This document shows, piece after piece, positions 29,424 through 39,251 of a DNA stretch of 64,000 nucleotides. The notes under the pieces are model-generated. The model saw nothing but the letters and a program-made list of their open reading frames with translations. It did not search any database and was not told where the DNA came from. Position 1 is the first letter of the stretch. Each line of letters starts with the position of its first letter. The translations under genes were made by a program, and so were the position numbers. Source of the DNA: Planctomycetota bacterium (GTDB lineage: Bacteria > Planctomycetota > UBA8108 > SXIK01); the NCBI GenBank assembly GCA_965223265.1, contig OZ244999.1, forward strand, positions 2,176,001-2,240,000, written 5' to 3'.

Positions 29424-30527
29424 CTACGACGTGGGGCCTACCGCTGGCGGCACGGGGGCAGGGCCATCTTCTTTGAGCAACTCGGCGACCCGTCGCTCAA
29501 GGTCCAGGCCGCGTAGTTGTTGGTAGCGCAGACGACCGTGGCGGTCGAGCAGAAACGTGGCGGGGATACGCCGGATGCCATACTCTTGTGCTAACCTGGT
29601 CTTCCAACCGCCGCCCTCGCACACTTGCCGCCACGTCGCGCCTCGTCTGCGCGTCATGTTGCGGACCTTCGAGGATGACTTCTGGCGGTCCAGCGAGATG
29701 CCGACAACCTCGAATCCTTGATCCTTGTACTTCTTGTACGTCGCCACGACGTTAGGGAGTTCCCTCAGACATGGTCCGCACCAGGTCGCCCAGAAATCGA
29801 TCAAGACCACTTTTCCTTTGTAATCACTGATCGAAAAACTGTCGCCGTCGATGTCTACAGCCTTAAGCGACCGAAAGTCGCGTCCTCCCTTGGCACCTTC
29901 ACTTGACTTGCCACGGTCCGGTGTCGCAGCGCGCGGCGCGGCAGCTCGCGTGCCGTAAAGGTCCTGAATCACTTTCTGTTTCGCCGTCGCGCTCAATTCG
30001 CTATCCGTCAATAGCTGTACGAGCAGGTGGTTCAGGAAGTCCTGCCCAGAATTCGTCGTGTCTCGGCGAACCGAGGCCGCAATTCTCTTGTAAACGCCAG
30101 CTCGATCGCGGCTGAACTCTACGGCGAACGGCAGCGTGAGTTTTGCCGTGTCGTAGTCGCGATCCACGACCGAGCTGCCGGTCCTCGACAGCATGATCAA
30201 GCCAATGTAGGGCGAATAAACGGAATCGGGAAAGTCACGATACTCGCGGACGTACTCGAGCATGATCGCGTTCGCCTTTTCGGCGTCGTGAACGAGATAG
30301 CGAGCGACGCCCTCGACGAAGGCGTACTCACCGAGATCGAGGGAAGTCACGGTGAGTTTAGTCAGCCAAAGCTGGATGTCGTCACGCCGTTTTTGGATCT
30401 CAGGCCCTGACGCTTTTCTCGCCACGAGTGCCTCGAGCTCGCTTAGGCACTGTTCACGCGTCCATTCGCCGCTCCATGCTAGCGGCGAAGCAGCGAGCGC
30501 CATGAAGAAGCAAACTGCTCGGATCAT
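29424..30527 (-). CDS. Exported TlpA/ResA-like thioredoxin-fold protein with helical N-terminal domain
   Basis: KGKVVLIDFWATWCGPC, GFEVVGISLD, IPATFLLD; signal peptide from ATG 30527. Confidence 0.85.
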   Translation of the reverse strand: MIRAVCFFMALAASPLAWSGEWTREQCLSELEALVARKASGPEIQKRRDDIQLWLTKLTVTSLDLGEYAFVEGVARYLVHDAEKANAIMLEYVREYRDFPDSVYSPYIGLIMLSRTGSSVVDRDYDTAKLTLPFAVEFSRDRAGVYKRIAASVRRDTTNSGQDFLNHLLVQLLTDSELSATAKQKVIQDLYGTRAAAPRAATPDRGKSSEGAKGGRDFRSLKAVDIDGDSFSISDYKGKVVLIDFWATWCGPCLRELPNVVATYKKYKDQGFEVVGISLDRQKSSSKVRNMTRRRGATWRQVCEGGGWKTRLAQEYGIRRIPATFLLDRHGRLRYQQLRGLDLERRVAELLKEDGPAPVPPAVGPTS

Positions 30528-30811
30528 TTCGTTCCTAGGCAACATACACGGTATACTTGGCGTCTTTCGGCCAACGGGCTGGTGGTGAAGTTGGGATTCG
30601 GGAGGCATCCGGCAGAAAAGCGACTGACTCCGTCAAATATATGGAGAATGGTTGTCGATGGGTAGGTCGGATCTGCGAACAAATCTCGTGCCGGCATTGT
30701 TTGCCGCAGTGGCTCGGTCGGCGCGCCGCCCGAAGCGGAGGCCCACAGCAGGCTTCGGTTGATATGAAGGCGTCGCTTTGGCGCCGGACTGGACAGCGAA
30801 GAGCGGTGTGA

Positions 30812-31504
30812 ATGATGAGAGTTTCCTTTGTGACGTGCTTCCGCGACGCGGAGAAGTACGAGCGTTGCCGCATTTCGATCGCACAGCTGAGTCGAGCTCC
30901 TGGCGTGGCGATCGACGTCGTTGCCTGCGACAATCGGGCGGGACTGGAGTCGTCGCCGCAGGCTCTGAACCGTGGCCGAGGCGTTGCACGTGGTGACATT
31001 ATCGTCTTCTGCCACGAGGACGTCGTGTTTCCGCCTCGTTGGCTCGTCTCCCTCCAAGATACGCTCGTGCAGCTAGAGAACCGGTCGCCGCGCTGGGCTG
31101 TCTTGGGGCCGATGGGGAGGCAAGCCAAGCGTTTCCTGGGTCATGCGCTCGATGGCGACGGGCAGGCGGCGTACTACGGACCGTTACCGGCGATCGTTGA
31201 CACGCTCGATGAGTTTTGTCTTATCGTGCCGGCAAGCTGTCCTCTCCGATTTGACGAGCAGCTCGGCGGACATCATCTCTACGGCGCCGACCTTTGTATT
31301 CAGGCGCAGGAGGCAAGTCTCGGTTGCTACGCCGGGGATCTACCGTGCGCACATCATTCGCGGACTCGGCATCGGCCGCCCGACTATCACGTGATCAAGC
31401 GCCGGCTCCAGCGCAAGTGGATGTTCAGGCGTCGCCGCGTCGGTCGGTTGATCGGTACGACGTGCGGTCGGATACGCTTCGGGGTTTTCGAGGGCTGGAT
31501 CTAG
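30812..31504 (+). CDS. GT-A fold glycosyltransferase (GT2-like)
   Basis: ALNRG...ARGDIIVFCHEDV, TLDE, FDE..GHHLYGADLC. Confidence 0.8.
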   Translation: MMRVSFVTCFRDAEKYERCRISIAQLSRAPGVAIDVVACDNRAGLESSPQALNRGRGVARGDIIVFCHEDVVFPPRWLVSLQDTLVQLENRSPRWAVLGPMGRQAKRFLGHALDGDGQAAYYGPLPAIVDTLDEFCLIVPASCPLRFDEQLGGHHLYGADLCIQAQEASLGCYAGDLPCAHHSRTRHRPPDYHVIKRRLQRKWMFRRRRVGRLIGTTCGRIRFGVFEGWI

Positions 31505-31803
31505 CTCGCTCCCGACTTAGTCTCGGATTCCACCTGAGACGGCGTTCGCCCCCACGCAAACGCCCACGGTCGCGCCTACGCCCACGCAAGCGCTTATCAA
31601 GCGCTCATCAAACGCCGTCGCGTCGGGCGTCGGTGGCGATCGTTACCGAGGTACTTGCCGCCACCTTCTTTCGCGCGAGTTGGGGTTCGCCTGCGCCCTC
31701 GGCTCTGGAATCGGAGCGATTTGAGGCAACGAAACCCGGCAGTTTGATCGAAGAAGTGGAACAGGGTGGAGACCGTTCGCGAGACGTAGATTATCGGAGA
31801 GCC

Positions 31804-32832
31804 ATGCCGACAACGCCGAGCCGTGCGAAGCTGCCCCCGACGCGCGGAAACACGTGTGCCGTCGTCGTCACCTATCATTCCGACGATCAGCTCTTCGAGC
31901 GTCTGTCTGCTGTCGCGTCGCAAGTGGACCGTGTGTTCATCGTGGACAACGCGTCTTCGCCGGACGAAGTCCAAGCTCTGCGCCAGGGCGTCTCCGCCTT
32001 CTCGTCGTTTCAGCTTGTCGAAAACTCCACTAATCTCGGTGTTGCAGCGGCGCTGAATCAGGGCGTCGAGCTGGCCCGCGCCGGCGAGTTTCAATGGCTT
32101 TTGACGCTCGATCAGGACACCTGGGTCGACGATGAACTGATCGCTACGTACGCCGAGGTCCATGCGCAGTGGGAGGCGGGTAGACGCCCCCTTGGAATGT
32201 TGGGGGCGAATTATCGGCACGATCCTAGCGGCCGGCTAGCGTACATTCCGTCACCGAGCGATGGAGCTGCGATCGCCACCGAGGTGGTGATCACCTCCGG
32301 CAGCTTGTTGTCGCTGCACGCCGCAGTGGACGTCGGGGGCTTCGCCGACGCGTTCTTCATCGACTGCGTCGACAACGAATACTGCCTTCGGCTACGCCGC
32401 CGCGGCTACGAAGTGATCATGACGACCCGACCACTACTGCGGCATGCTCTCGGCGATCAAAGGGTGCACCGCCTGCTCTGGAAGCGGCCGATCTGTACGC
32501 ATCATTCACCGCTGCGCCACTACTACATGACGCGCAATCGACTTCGTCTCGTGTGGACGTATCGGCGTGAGGAGCGACGTTGGGCGCGACGTGAGCTCAA
32601 GGCCATGGCAGTTTCGATCCTCCTCCTCGTTCTGTATGAGCGACCGAAGATCCGTAAGCTGCGAGCTGTGCTCGCTGGCGCCATGGACGCGCTGCGAGGT
32701 CGCTCGGGACCGCTCCTCGCCGAAGGTCGTGGGGGGGTGCCTGGGCCATCGCCGCAACAGTCGACCGCAGCCATGTCCGAGTCGAGTTCTCGATCGCCGG
32801 GAGACAGTCGCCAATCGGTGAGCGCGCGTTGA
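31804..32832 (+). CDS. GT2 glycosyltransferase (rhamnosyltransferase-like)
   Basis: AVVVTY, IVDNAS, NLGVAAALNQG, LTLDQD, ITSG, FFIDCVD.EYC, YYMTRN; ATG after GGAG. Confidence 0.88.
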   Translation: MPTTPSRAKLPPTRGNTCAVVVTYHSDDQLFERLSAVASQVDRVFIVDNASSPDEVQALRQGVSAFSSFQLVENSTNLGVAAALNQGVELARAGEFQWLLTLDQDTWVDDELIATYAEVHAQWEAGRRPLGMLGANYRHDPSGRLAYIPSPSDGAAIATEVVITSGSLLSLHAAVDVGGFADAFFIDCVDNEYCLRLRRRGYEVIMTTRPLLRHALGDQRVHRLLWKRPICTHHSPLRHYYMTRNRLRLVWTYRREERRWARRELKAMAVSILLLVLYERPKIRKLRAVLAGAMDALRGRSGPLLAEGRGGVPGPSPQQSTAAMSESSSRSPGDSRQSVSAR

Positions 32833-32983
32833 AAGAGATCCGTGACATGTCGAGACCGCTGGCAAAGGCGCTGGGATTTGGCGATTGAAAAACGCTCACG
32901 GCTGCTTATTTTCTGTCTTGTGGTAGTGTGTTCTCTTAGTGGGTAGGTGCGACGTCGCGACTTGATGGAGGTCTCGCGCTCTT

Positions 32984-33661
32984 ATGCGCATCACTTGGTA
33001 TGGACATGCCGCGTTTGCGGTCGAGGGAGAACTGGACGCAGCTTCCGGGGCGCTGCGCAAGGTGATTCTGGACCCATACAACTATCCGCTGTGCGGTGGA
33101 TATCTGCCGATCGACGATACGGCGGATGTGGTCTCTGTCAGCCACGACAATCCCAAGTACCATTCCGACGTCTCGACGATTCGAGGCAAGCCACACATCC
33201 TCAAGGCGCTCGATCTTTGCGGCCAGACTCAGGTCATTCGCGACATAGAGTTCGCCGCGTGCGAAGTCTTTGAGAATGCTGTGGCAGAAGGCCCGAACGC
33301 GATGGTGAAGTTCTGTCTCGAGGGGCTGACCGTGGCGCACCAAGGTGATCTCGGGCACGCGCTCACCGGCGAATCCCTCGATTTTTTGCGCGACGTCGAT
33401 GTGCTGTTGGCACTTGCGGGTGGACCACCGACGCTGACGATCCCGGATCTTCTTGCCGTGATCCGTGAGACCACACCAGCGATTGTGATTCCTATGCATT
33501 ACAAGACACCGAAGGTCAATTTGGACCTATTCCCGGTCTCCGAGTTCCTGACTGCCTGCGACGAGCTCGCGATTGAACGACCGGGGACAAGCTGTTGGGA
33601 TGTACACCGGGACTCATTGCCGTCTTCAACGACGGTGATGGTGCTTGAGCACGCACGCTAG
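32984..33661 (+). CDS. Metallo-beta-lactamase-fold hydrolase
   Basis: ITWYGHAAF, ILDPY, SHD...HSD, HQGDLGH, VIPMHY. Confidence 0.88.
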   Translation: MRITWYGHAAFAVEGELDAASGALRKVILDPYNYPLCGGYLPIDDTADVVSVSHDNPKYHSDVSTIRGKPHILKALDLCGQTQVIRDIEFAACEVFENAVAEGPNAMVKFCLEGLTVAHQGDLGHALTGESLDFLRDVDVLLALAGGPPTLTIPDLLAVIRETTPAIVIPMHYKTPKVNLDLFPVSEFLTACDELAIERPGTSCWDVHRDSLPSSTTVMVLEHAR

Positions 33662-33677
33662 ATAGGGCTTGGCGCTA

Positions 33678-36575
33678 ATGACGGACGACCGCAATGAATC
33701 TTTGCCGATGCGCGCCGATCAAGAGGCGCTCTCCGAGCGTGAGACGATGCGCGAGCTCCGTAGCATTCCGGGAATGCGCCGGTATCTTCCTGCGGTCGGC
33801 CCACGCCTTCACAAGCTCTTGTATCTTGTTTTGACTCTCTTTCTGCTGCTCGCGATCAACTCGGTCTATCTCGTCAGCGTGACGATCTCGGAGTGGTACA
33901 CGGGCGTTGTCCGCCAGAACTACTTTTACCAGTACATGTTTCTCGCCCACTTGGGCCTGGGACTGTGTGGCATCTTTCCGCTGTTTCTCTTCGCTGCGCT
34001 CCACGTTCGCAACGCCAAGGATCGCCCAAACCGTCTCGCTGTCAGAGTCGGATACGCTCTTCTCGTCGCGGCTACCATCTTGGTGTTGACTGGTCTCTTG
34101 TTGACTCGGATCGAGGGTGTCTTCGACCTCAAACATCCGACGCTTCGCCGCACGATCTACTGGATCCACGCCGTGAGTCCGCTTGCGGTGATTTGGTTTT
34201 ACATCCTGCACCGGCTCGCCGGGCCGCCGCTCAAGTGGCGTGCGGGAATCGTTCTCGCCGCGCTGGGGGTTGCGAGCGCCCTCGTCATGATGGCGATGCA
34301 TGGTCACGACCCTCGTACGTGGAAGGACGGCGACGCCGTGGAGCGCGACTTCGCTCCGTCGTTTTCGAAGACGGCTTCTGGTCACACAATTCCCGAAGGC
34401 GTCTTCATGAACGATGCATATTGCATGAAGTGCCATCCCGATGTCTACGAGGACTGGTCACACAGCATGCATCGCATGAGCTCGTTCAATAATCCGGCTT
34501 ATGCATTCTCCATCAAGGCGCTCCGTAAGGAACTCATGGCACGCGACGGCAACGTCGAGGCCTCTCGCTTCTGTGCTGGGTGTCACGATCCGGTTCCTCT
34601 CTTCGCCGGCACCTTCGACGACCCGAATTTCGACGTCAAGAGCTCGGACGGCGGCACTTCGGGCAGCGACAGCGCCAGTGCCGGAATCACCTGCACGGTG
34701 TGCCACGGTATCGTCAGTGTGGACTCACCGCGGGGCAACGGCGATTACACCATTGACGAGCCAGTGCACTATCCATTCGCTGGGTCGCAAAACAGTTTTC
34801 TACGCTGGGTCAATGCGCAACTCATCAAGGCGAAGCCCGCGTTTCACAAGCGTACCTTTCTCAGGCCACTTCATCGCACACCGGAGTTTTGCGGCACGTG
34901 TCACAAGGTTCATTTGCCGAAGGAACTGAACGACTACAAGTGGCTCCGTGGGCAAAACCACTACGATTCGTACCACCTCAGCGGTGTCTCAGGGCATGGA
35001 GCATCCAGCTTTTACTACCCCGAGAAGGCGGAGGAGAACTGCAATGGTTGTCACATGCCGCTCATCGCATCCGGCGACTTCGGCGCTGCGTTTTTCGACG
35101 ATTCGAACGAGCTCAAGGTTCATGGGCATCAGTTTCCTTCAGCCAATACGGCGATTCCTCACATGCTTCGTTTTCCGGAGAAGGTCAATGAGGCGCATCG
35201 ACGTTTTCTCGACGGTGTTGTTCGTGTCGACCTCTTTGGTCTCAAGCGTGGTGAGGATGTTTCGGGCCAACTCCTGGCACCTCTGAGGCCCACCGTCCCG
35301 GAACTTGTCCCCGGCGAGACCTACCTTATCGAGACAGTTATCCGCACGCTTCGACTTGGGCATTTGCTCACGGAAGGGACGTCGGATTCTAACGAGCTGT
35401 GGATCGACGTGTCTGTGACGACCAACGGTCTCGAATTGATTGGCCGCAGTGGAGGGATGCTCTCCGATGGCAGTGTCGATCCGTGGTCGCACTTCATCAA
35501 TTCCTACGTGCTGGACCGGCAGGGACGTCGCATTGATCGGCGGAACGTCCAGGACGTGTTCGTGAGTTTGTGGAACCATCAGATTCCACCGGGCGCTGCC
35601 GACGTCGTGCACTATCGTCTCCGCGTCCCCGAGGATGTAAAGGAGAGCATTACGGTCACGGTCAAAGTGTTGTATCGAAAGTTCGACACGACGTTCTATC
35701 GCCATTTGAACGGAGCCGCCGTTCGCAACGATCTGCCGGTGACCACACTTGCGATCGACAAAGTGACTTTGCCGGTTCGAGGAACTGCGAGCACACCGTT
35801 CAATCGCCGCGTTGAAACGGAGCTCTGGGAGCGCTGGAATGACTACGGAATCGGCCTCCTGCGCAAAGGGAACAAGGGCTCGAGTCGAGGCGAGTTGCGC
35901 CAAGCCGAAGCGGCCTTTCGACAGGTGCAGGAACTCGGCAAGGTTGACGGGCTCGTGAATCGTGCCCGTGTCTACATCAAGGAGGGACGACTCGCCGAGG
36001 CAGTTCAGGTGCTTGGCGTGTCTGCCAAGCATGATCCTCCTCCGCTGCCCTGGACGCTTGCGTGGCTCACCGGAGTCGTCAACAAACAGAACGGTCGCCT
36101 TGCCGCAGCGCGTGAGAGTTTTTCGCAGTTGGCGCGAAACGAGTTCGCCGCCGCAGCTGATCGCGGTTTCGATTTTAGCCAGGACTATCGCGTCCTCAAC
36201 GAGCTCGGTTTGACAATCTTCGAGGAGAGCAAGCGAGAGCGAGGCGAAGCTAGAAGGGAACGGCGTCAGGCGCTGCAGCGAGAAGCGATCGCGTGGTTTC
36301 AAAAGACACTCCGGCTGGATCCGGAAAATACCTTGGCGCATCACAACCTTGCACTCATCTACGCTCGACTCGGGATGCCGGAGGAGGCCGAAGCCCACCG
36401 CGTTCTTCACGAGCGCTACAGGCCGGACGAAAACGCGCGGGATCGGGCTGTCACGCAACACCGAGCTGAGAACCCCGCCGCGGATCATGCGGCAGAAGCC
36501 GTGGTGATCTACGACCTTCAGCGCGTCGGCGCGTACGAGCTGCCGCCAGACCGAGCCGTCGAAATGGAGAAGTGA
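33678..36575 (+). CDS. Membrane-anchored pentaheme cytochrome c with C-terminal TPR domain
   Basis: About five N-terminal TM helices with His residues; CMKCH, CAGCH, CTVCH, CGTCH, CNGCH; WERWNDYGIG; TPR helices; exact start uncertain (33669-33747). Confidence 0.88.
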   Translation: MTDDRNESLPMRADQEALSERETMRELRSIPGMRRYLPAVGPRLHKLLYLVLTLFLLLAINSVYLVSVTISEWYTGVVRQNYFYQYMFLAHLGLGLCGIFPLFLFAALHVRNAKDRPNRLAVRVGYALLVAATILVLTGLLLTRIEGVFDLKHPTLRRTIYWIHAVSPLAVIWFYILHRLAGPPLKWRAGIVLAALGVASALVMMAMHGHDPRTWKDGDAVERDFAPSFSKTASGHTIPEGVFMNDAYCMKCHPDVYEDWSHSMHRMSSFNNPAYAFSIKALRKELMARDGNVEASRFCAGCHDPVPLFAGTFDDPNFDVKSSDGGTSGSDSASAGITCTVCHGIVSVDSPRGNGDYTIDEPVHYPFAGSQNSFLRWVNAQLIKAKPAFHKRTFLRPLHRTPEFCGTCHKVHLPKELNDYKWLRGQNHYDSYHLSGVSGHGASSFYYPEKAEENCNGCHMPLIASGDFGAAFFDDSNELKVHGHQFPSANTAIPHMLRFPEKVNEAHRRFLDGVVRVDLFGLKRGEDVSGQLLAPLRPTVPELVPGETYLIETVIRTLRLGHLLTEGTSDSNELWIDVSVTTNGLELIGRSGGMLSDGSVDPWSHFINSYVLDRQGRRIDRRNVQDVFVSLWNHQIPPGAADVVHYRLRVPEDVKESITVTVKVLYRKFDTTFYRHLNGAAVRNDLPVTTLAIDKVTLPVRGTASTPFNRRVETELWERWNDYGIGLLRKGNKGSSRGELRQAEAAFRQVQELGKVDGLVNRARVYIKEGRLAEAVQVLGVSAKHDPPPLPWTLAWLTGVVNKQNGRLAAARESFSQLARNEFAAAADRGFDFSQDYRVLNELGLTIFEESKRERGEARRERRQALQREAIAWFQKTLRLDPENTLAHHNLALIYARLGMPEEAEAHRVLHERYRPDENARDRAVTQHRAENPAADHAAEAVVIYDLQRVGAYELPPDRAVEMEK

Positions 36576-36654
36576 CGCCGGCGATCGCGTGTAGAATAGG
36601 TGGAGATGCCACCGCCTTCGACACGCGATTGCTGCAGATGATATTGAGCCTACG

Positions 36655-38514
36655 ATGACGCAAGAGAGCCGTGAGAACGAGATGCAGCCTCCTCGGCCTG
36701 GCGGCGAGGCCGTCATCGCCCGTGCGCTTAGGTGGTCGCTCGCCGTGGCTGTCGTGATTGGTGTGACGATCACTGCACTCGTTTGGTATTTGAACAAGCC
36801 GAACGACAGCGTGACGGTCGTGGAACCGCCGCCGACTCCCCCAGCTAACCCGCACCGACCTGCCGAGCCGCCGCGAGTCATCTTCACCGATATCACGGCG
36901 GCTTCAGGGCTCGATTTCGAACACACGAGTGGCGCAACTGGTGAGAAGCTGCTTCCAGAAACGATGGGGCCAGGCTGCGCGTTTTTGGATTATGACGCGG
37001 ACGGCGATCCTGACATCCTCTTGGTCAACGGTAGGCCATGGCAACACGACGTCGTCGGTGCAAGCGACCGGCCAGCGCCGGCACCTGCGCTCTTTCAAAA
37101 TGACGGTCGCGGTGGTTTCACCGACGTGACGAAGGACGTCGGCCTGGACGTTAGTTTCTATGGCATGGGGGTCGCAGTTGGTGATTTCGATAACGATGGC
37201 TGGGTCGACGTCTACTTCACGGCGGTCGGTAAGAATCGCCTATTTCGCAACGTGCAGCAGCGTTTCGCCGAAGTGACCGATCCGGCCAGGGTCGGTGGTG
37301 GCGAGGATGAGTGGAGCACGAGTGCTGGATTCTTCGACTATGACGCCGACGGAGACCTCGATCTCTTCGTTTGCAATTACGTGCGGTGGAGCCGTGAGAT
37401 TGATCTGAGCACGAATCAGCAGCTCATCGGCGATGGTCGTGCGTACGGACCGCCAACTGACTTTGCTGGCACGCAGCCGTATCTGTTTCGCAACAACGCG
37501 AACGGCACCTTTTCTGAGATCGCTGCCGAGGTTGGGCTGCACGTGACGTCGGCCGTCGGTGGCGAGGAGACAGCTGTAGCAAAGGCTTTGGCGTTCATTC
37601 CTGTTGACGTCGATCAGGACGGTCGTCTCGACGTGGTCGTCGCCAACGACACGGTACGTAACTTCCTGTTTCGGAACCGCGCCGACGATACTTTCGAAGA
37701 GATCGGTAGCATGGTCGGCGTCGCTTACGATGGCAACGGCGCCGCGACCGGTGCCATGGGGATCGACGCTGCGCACTATCGCAACGACGCCAGCTTAGCT
37801 ATTGGCATCGGCAATTTCGCCGGCGAGATGAGCTCACTATTCGTCTCCGATGGAACGTCCGCGTTCTTCTCCGACGAGACTATCGCAGAAGGTGTTGGAC
37901 CGGTCAGCCGGCAACTGCTGAGCTTCGGCCTCTTTTTCTTCGACTACGACCTCGATGGCCGTCTCGATCTCTTTCAAACCAACGGACACCTTGAAGAAGA
38001 GATCAACAAGCTGCAGCCGAGCCAGCATTACCGACAGCCATCACAGCTCTTTTGGAACTGCGGCGACGCGGGTCCGAGTTGCTTTGTGCCCGTGGCAAAG
38101 GGTAGTGCCGGCGATCTGGCCAGGCCGGTTGTTGGCAGGGCGGCGGCGTACGCCGACATCGACTCCGATGGCGACGTCGACGTTCTCCTGACGCAGACGG
38201 GAGATCGAGCACTTCTCTTTCGTAACGACCAGCAGGAGGGGCACCACTGGTTGCGACTTCGGCTTGTCGGCAGCCGTGCGAATCGCGATGCGATCGGAGC
38301 GCGCGTCGAGATTGATGCCGGAGGAGTGACACAGCATCGTGTCGTCATGCCAACGCGTAGTTACCTATCACAGATGGAGACGACGCTGACGTTCGGCTTG
38401 GGAGCCGTCGACCGTGTCGATCGCATAAGGATCAAGTGGCCCGGCGATGAGCGGCCGTTCGAGATCGGCGGCGGCAAGGTGGACCGCGTCCGCACGATTC
38501 ACCAGCCACGCTGA
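36655..38514 (+). CDS. CRTAC1-family protein (FG-GAP/VCBS repeats + ASPIC/UnbV domain)
   Basis: Repeated D[YF]D.DG..D motifs, ETMGPG, NRDAIGARV, SYLSQ...LTFGLG; single N-terminal TM. Confidence 0.92.
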   Translation: MTQESRENEMQPPRPGGEAVIARALRWSLAVAVVIGVTITALVWYLNKPNDSVTVVEPPPTPPANPHRPAEPPRVIFTDITAASGLDFEHTSGATGEKLLPETMGPGCAFLDYDADGDPDILLVNGRPWQHDVVGASDRPAPAPALFQNDGRGGFTDVTKDVGLDVSFYGMGVAVGDFDNDGWVDVYFTAVGKNRLFRNVQQRFAEVTDPARVGGGEDEWSTSAGFFDYDADGDLDLFVCNYVRWSREIDLSTNQQLIGDGRAYGPPTDFAGTQPYLFRNNANGTFSEIAAEVGLHVTSAVGGEETAVAKALAFIPVDVDQDGRLDVVVANDTVRNFLFRNRADDTFEEIGSMVGVAYDGNGAATGAMGIDAAHYRNDASLAIGIGNFAGEMSSLFVSDGTSAFFSDETIAEGVGPVSRQLLSFGLFFFDYDLDGRLDLFQTNGHLEEEINKLQPSQHYRQPSQLFWNCGDAGPSCFVPVAKGSAGDLARPVVGRAAAYADIDSDGDVDVLLTQTGDRALLFRNDQQEGHHWLRLRLVGSRANRDAIGARVEIDAGGVTQHRVVMPTRSYLSQMETTLTFGLGAVDRVDRIRIKWPGDERPFEIGGGKVDRVRTIHQPR

Positions 38515-39251
38515 GTGGTGAGTCGTCTCCGATGCCGACGCCGACGCGGCCCTGGCGTCGGACGACTCTCGAGCGTGCCTCGGCCTTGGGAACGAGCGTC
38601 TTCGCAACGGTGCTCATCGCGTATTCACTGGGTGGGATGAGCAACCATCTGTTTTCAACCGGCTGTTGACTTCATTTCGACTCGGAACGTTGTCTTTGAC
38701 GAGATGTCGACGATGGGATTTCGTAGACCAGTTGTGGCTGCTTTCGTCGTGAGTTGTTGTTTGATCGGTGGGTGCAAGGACGAATCCGGGATCCGCGCCA
38801 ATTGGGATCAATTAGAACTTTCCGAGAGCGAAAGGGATGAGTTGCATTTCGTTCTCAAAAGACTGCCCTCTACTGCCTACACGTATGTTACAGAGGAGTT
38901 AGCGAAGGGGCTTGGGGACTGGGTGCTCGTGGAGTGCTACGACTATCATTCTGGGGAATACCGGTTTTTGCTTCTTTCAACTTCAGAGGCTGGACGGTTT
39001 AGAGTGCTGACGAATCTTGACGAGCCTACTTGGGGGCAGCCTACGGACGAAGGAGGATTTTCTTCTGAGTTCAGAATATCGAAGCATGATTTTTATTTTC
39101 AAAAACCCGAAGATGATGAAGTGAAGCAGCTCTGCAGTTTTCCAAAGCTCGACGTGGGTGTGGTGAGCGAAGCAGAGGATGGTGCTGCCTGGTTATTGTC
39201 AGATTACCGAGGCTCGCGCGCTTTTCTGTATCCCGGCCGTACACCGTACTT

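Noticed and set aside
31294-31803. N-terminal extension of second GT2
   Set aside because: Overlaps the upstream gene and low-complexity spacer; ATG 31804 has an RBS
35139-36926. 595-aa minus-strand ORF
   Set aside because: Shadow of the cytochrome and CRTAC1 genes in GC-rich DNA
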